A stretch of DNA of 64,000 bases from Amphiscolops sp. MND2022 (taxonomy: Eukaryota): NCBI GenBank assembly GCA_964187785.1, contig OZ076409.1, positions 17,610,001 through 17,674,000 of the forward strand, in the 5' to 3' direction. Below, one piece after another: positions 62,101 to 64,000 of this stretch. A program made the position numbers and the translations under genes. The notes below the pieces were generated by a model, which did no database searches, was not told where the DNA came from, and was given only the letters and a program-made list of their open reading frames with translations. How positions within the stretch are numbered: position 1 is the stretch's first letter; each line of letters opens with the position of its first letter.

Positions 62101-63040
62101 GTGTGTTTCAGTTGTTGCAAAGTGTCCTCGTTTGTGTTCTGCTGGACGAGATCGGAACTTGTGGTTCGAGCAGGAGTTGGCTGTTTTCCTTCGAGAGTTA
62201 TTGTGTCTGGTTGTCGAACCCTCATCGTTACCACCTGATTTTGAAGTCCTCGCCGTGTTGAAATTGCGACTGGGCGAGAGTAAGCCTGTTGACAAGGCCC
62301 GGTTTCAAGTGCTGTTCGGCCAGTATTTCCGCTTCGACGTGGTCAACCAGAAGCCTTTCTTTTATAAAGAAGTGCAGAATTTCCTCAGGACTGTGTGCGA
62401 GGCTTGTATTGGCGATTATGACCAAGGGTGGGTTAAGCACCTCAGCTTGTTGCCGCTGGATCCTTATGCTATTCAGTCGGTGTCAATGGATCGGCTGACG
62501 GACATCCTTGTGGGTACACTTTCTGTCCTCAGTTTTGGAGATCTATGCAGAGGAGACCATGGTGCCATCATCTTACAGCAGTATCGCGAGGTAGTCAACT
62601 ACTTCAAGCATCGATGGGAGTCCAATGCTTCGGTGGTGCCAGTTATTGACGATGCCATGTCTTTGTGGTTGTCATATCCTTCGTGGGACCGGTGCCAAGA
62701 ATTCCGGGGCATTGTGGATATTCTTTTTGTGGGAATGCTCCATGATTCGTATGCTGCTTATTTTCAAGATGTAGGAGGCACGGCCCTCGATGACAGTATC
62801 ATGCTGTCAAGTTTGAACATTATACGAAGCTGGATGTCGAGTGGTTTCGGCGGGCACTCTCGACGCTCGATGATTGGTTTCGTTAGACACTGTAGCACTA
62901 CAGACATGCAGGTTTCTCGGTTAACCGATGAAGGCAGAGCTATTCCTTGGGACCAATTGGTTAAGAGGGGGATTGACGAACTACTTGGGCGCTGTGTCAC
63001 TGTTCTGGAGACGACTGGTAGTCTACCTACTCGCCCATGA
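59196..63040 (+). pseudogene. 7-exon antisense gene inside the Gypsy element: ~977-aa BED-finger, hAT-transposase-like protein with one in-frame stop
   Basis: Exons 59196-59430, 59593-59730, 59908-60276, 60442-61004, 61145-61633, 61753-61963 and 62112-63040. All six introns are GT..AG and phase-compatible (2934 nt total). The BED-like motif is CRLC..HWKGREH, and there is a TAA at 61337-61339. Confidence 0.8.
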
Positions 63041-63052
63041 GGGATGGGTGTT

Positions 63053-64000
63053 TTATAGGTTTCTGTTTTTCAGAAGTAACTGTTGAAGTGAAGGCGTTCC
63101 ATGTAATTCATGCATTAGGAAATCAGGGTACGTGGTAGGTTTTGGATTGTGTCTGAGCCCGTATCGAGACATGGTGTGTCGTGATGGCGCTGGAGGGCGG
63201 TCATTTGTTTGGTGTTCAGAATTGTTCATGCTAGCATTATCCGGTTGTGGTTCTTGTGTTTCAGCTTGGCTTTCAGGTATGGAGATGTTTTGATCAGATT
63301 CTATGTTTTGCCGTTCGTAGTAGATCATTCCATTGTCTGCGTGTAACTCTTCGAAGTTTGATTGTTCAGGTAATGCTTGTTGTGGCTGTTCACGGACATG
63401 ACCGGGTAGGTTATTGTCAAATAACTCCTGTTCGTTGAGGGCGTCGGGATCTTCGAAATATTGTGATGCATTGTCTTGAATGTCTTCGATTGGTGCGTTT
63501 GGCGTGATTGGGCGAAGCGTCATTCTGTGAACGCATTGGGTGCGAAGAGTGCCAATCTTACGTATGATGTAATTTGAATTTGACAAGACTTTGACCACTT
63601 TGTATGGGCCTTCCCACTTGAATTCCTTGAATGGAATTTTTTCAGATTGCTGAGACAGTTTTTTGTTTAGCAGGAAGGTGAAATCATTCACTTTCAGAGG
63701 TGAAGCTTGCGCTTTTCGATCGTAGTAATTCTTGTATTTGTGAAAGGCTTCGATTATGTTGTCATGTGTTTGTTGGAATTTTTTGTTCATGTTATCTAGT
63801 ATTCCAGTGACGTCAGTAGTGTTACGTTGTTCGGTTAATGGATTGCCAAATTTGACGTCAAGGGCATTGAACGGGACACGTCCGTGGAAAATTTCAGTGG
63901 GTGTGCATCGGATAGCCTGGTGGTAGGTTGTGTTATGGGCCATTACGGCCATGTTGACGTATTTGTGCCATTGTGGTGAATCAGCTGAGATGTTGATTTT
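63053..64000 (-). CDS. pol: Gypsy pol C-terminus (integrase end, GPY/F domain), 5' partial
   Basis: MAHNTTYH..TPTEIFHGR, YYDRKA, KWEGPYKVVKVLSNSNY and VHRM. Confidence 0.92.
   Translation of the reverse strand, partial: KINISADSPQWHKYVNMAVMAHNTTYHQAIRCTPTEIFHGRVPFNALDVKFGNPLTEQRNTTDVTGILDNMNKKFQQTHDNIIEAFHKYKNYYDRKAQASPLKVNDFTFLLNKKLSQQSEKIPFKEFKWEGPYKVVKVLSNSNYIIRKIGTLRTQCVHRMTLRPITPNAPIEDIQDNASQYFEDPDALNEQELFDNNLPGHVREQPQQALPEQSNFEELHADNGMIYYERQNIESDQNISIPESQAETQEPQPDNASMNNSEHQTNDRPPAPSRHTMSRYGLRHNPKPTTYPDFLMHELHGTPSLQQLLLKNRNL

Larger units (their letters stand above)
57254..64000 (-). mobile_element. Gypsy/Ty3-type LTR retrotransposon, 3' part (continues beyond the right window edge)
   Basis: Integrase C-terminus, then a ~4.7-kb 3' internal region, a PPT and a TG...CA LTR on the minus strand. 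Confidence 0.88.

Noticed and set aside
60007..63000. Minus-strand ORFs as an env gene of the Gypsy element
   Set aside because: They are short and fragmented with no signal peptide or TM pattern. The coherent coding signal is the spliced + strand gene.

Overview
Repeat-dense, AT-rich eukaryotic DNA, probably from an invertebrate animal, with no recognisable host gene. From left to right it contains: (1) the edge of a ~310-bp satellite array (1-9325, ~30 monomers) with a dimeric higher-order structure; (2) a decayed CR1/L2-type LINE (APE+RT); (3) a solo LTR; (4) nested non-autonomous DNA transposons; (5) a 5'-truncated CRE-like RLE retrotransposon whose tail carries a box C/D snoRNA-like segment; (6) a complete 14.6-kb Polinton/Maverick (adintovirus-type endogenous virus, 40116-54690; 161-bp TIRs, 6-bp TSD ATCTTA); (7) the 3' half of a Gypsy LTR retrotransposon. 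The Polinton encodes pPolB, major and minor capsid proteins, integrase, protease and two packaging-type ATPases. Main findings in the Polinton: all 12 genes start at ATAAATG, which matches the poxvirus late initiator TAAATG; it is peppered with a GC-rich GCGnnAGCTnnCGC palindrome read in different frames; and its left end carries a Pol III/VA-RNA-like structured segment. Main findings in the Gypsy element: it carries a 7-exon antisense gene (~977 aa, BED finger, hAT-transposase-like), and about 107 codons of a gag-like ORF lie inside its LTR. Family assignments come from motif recognition by eye; no database search was run.
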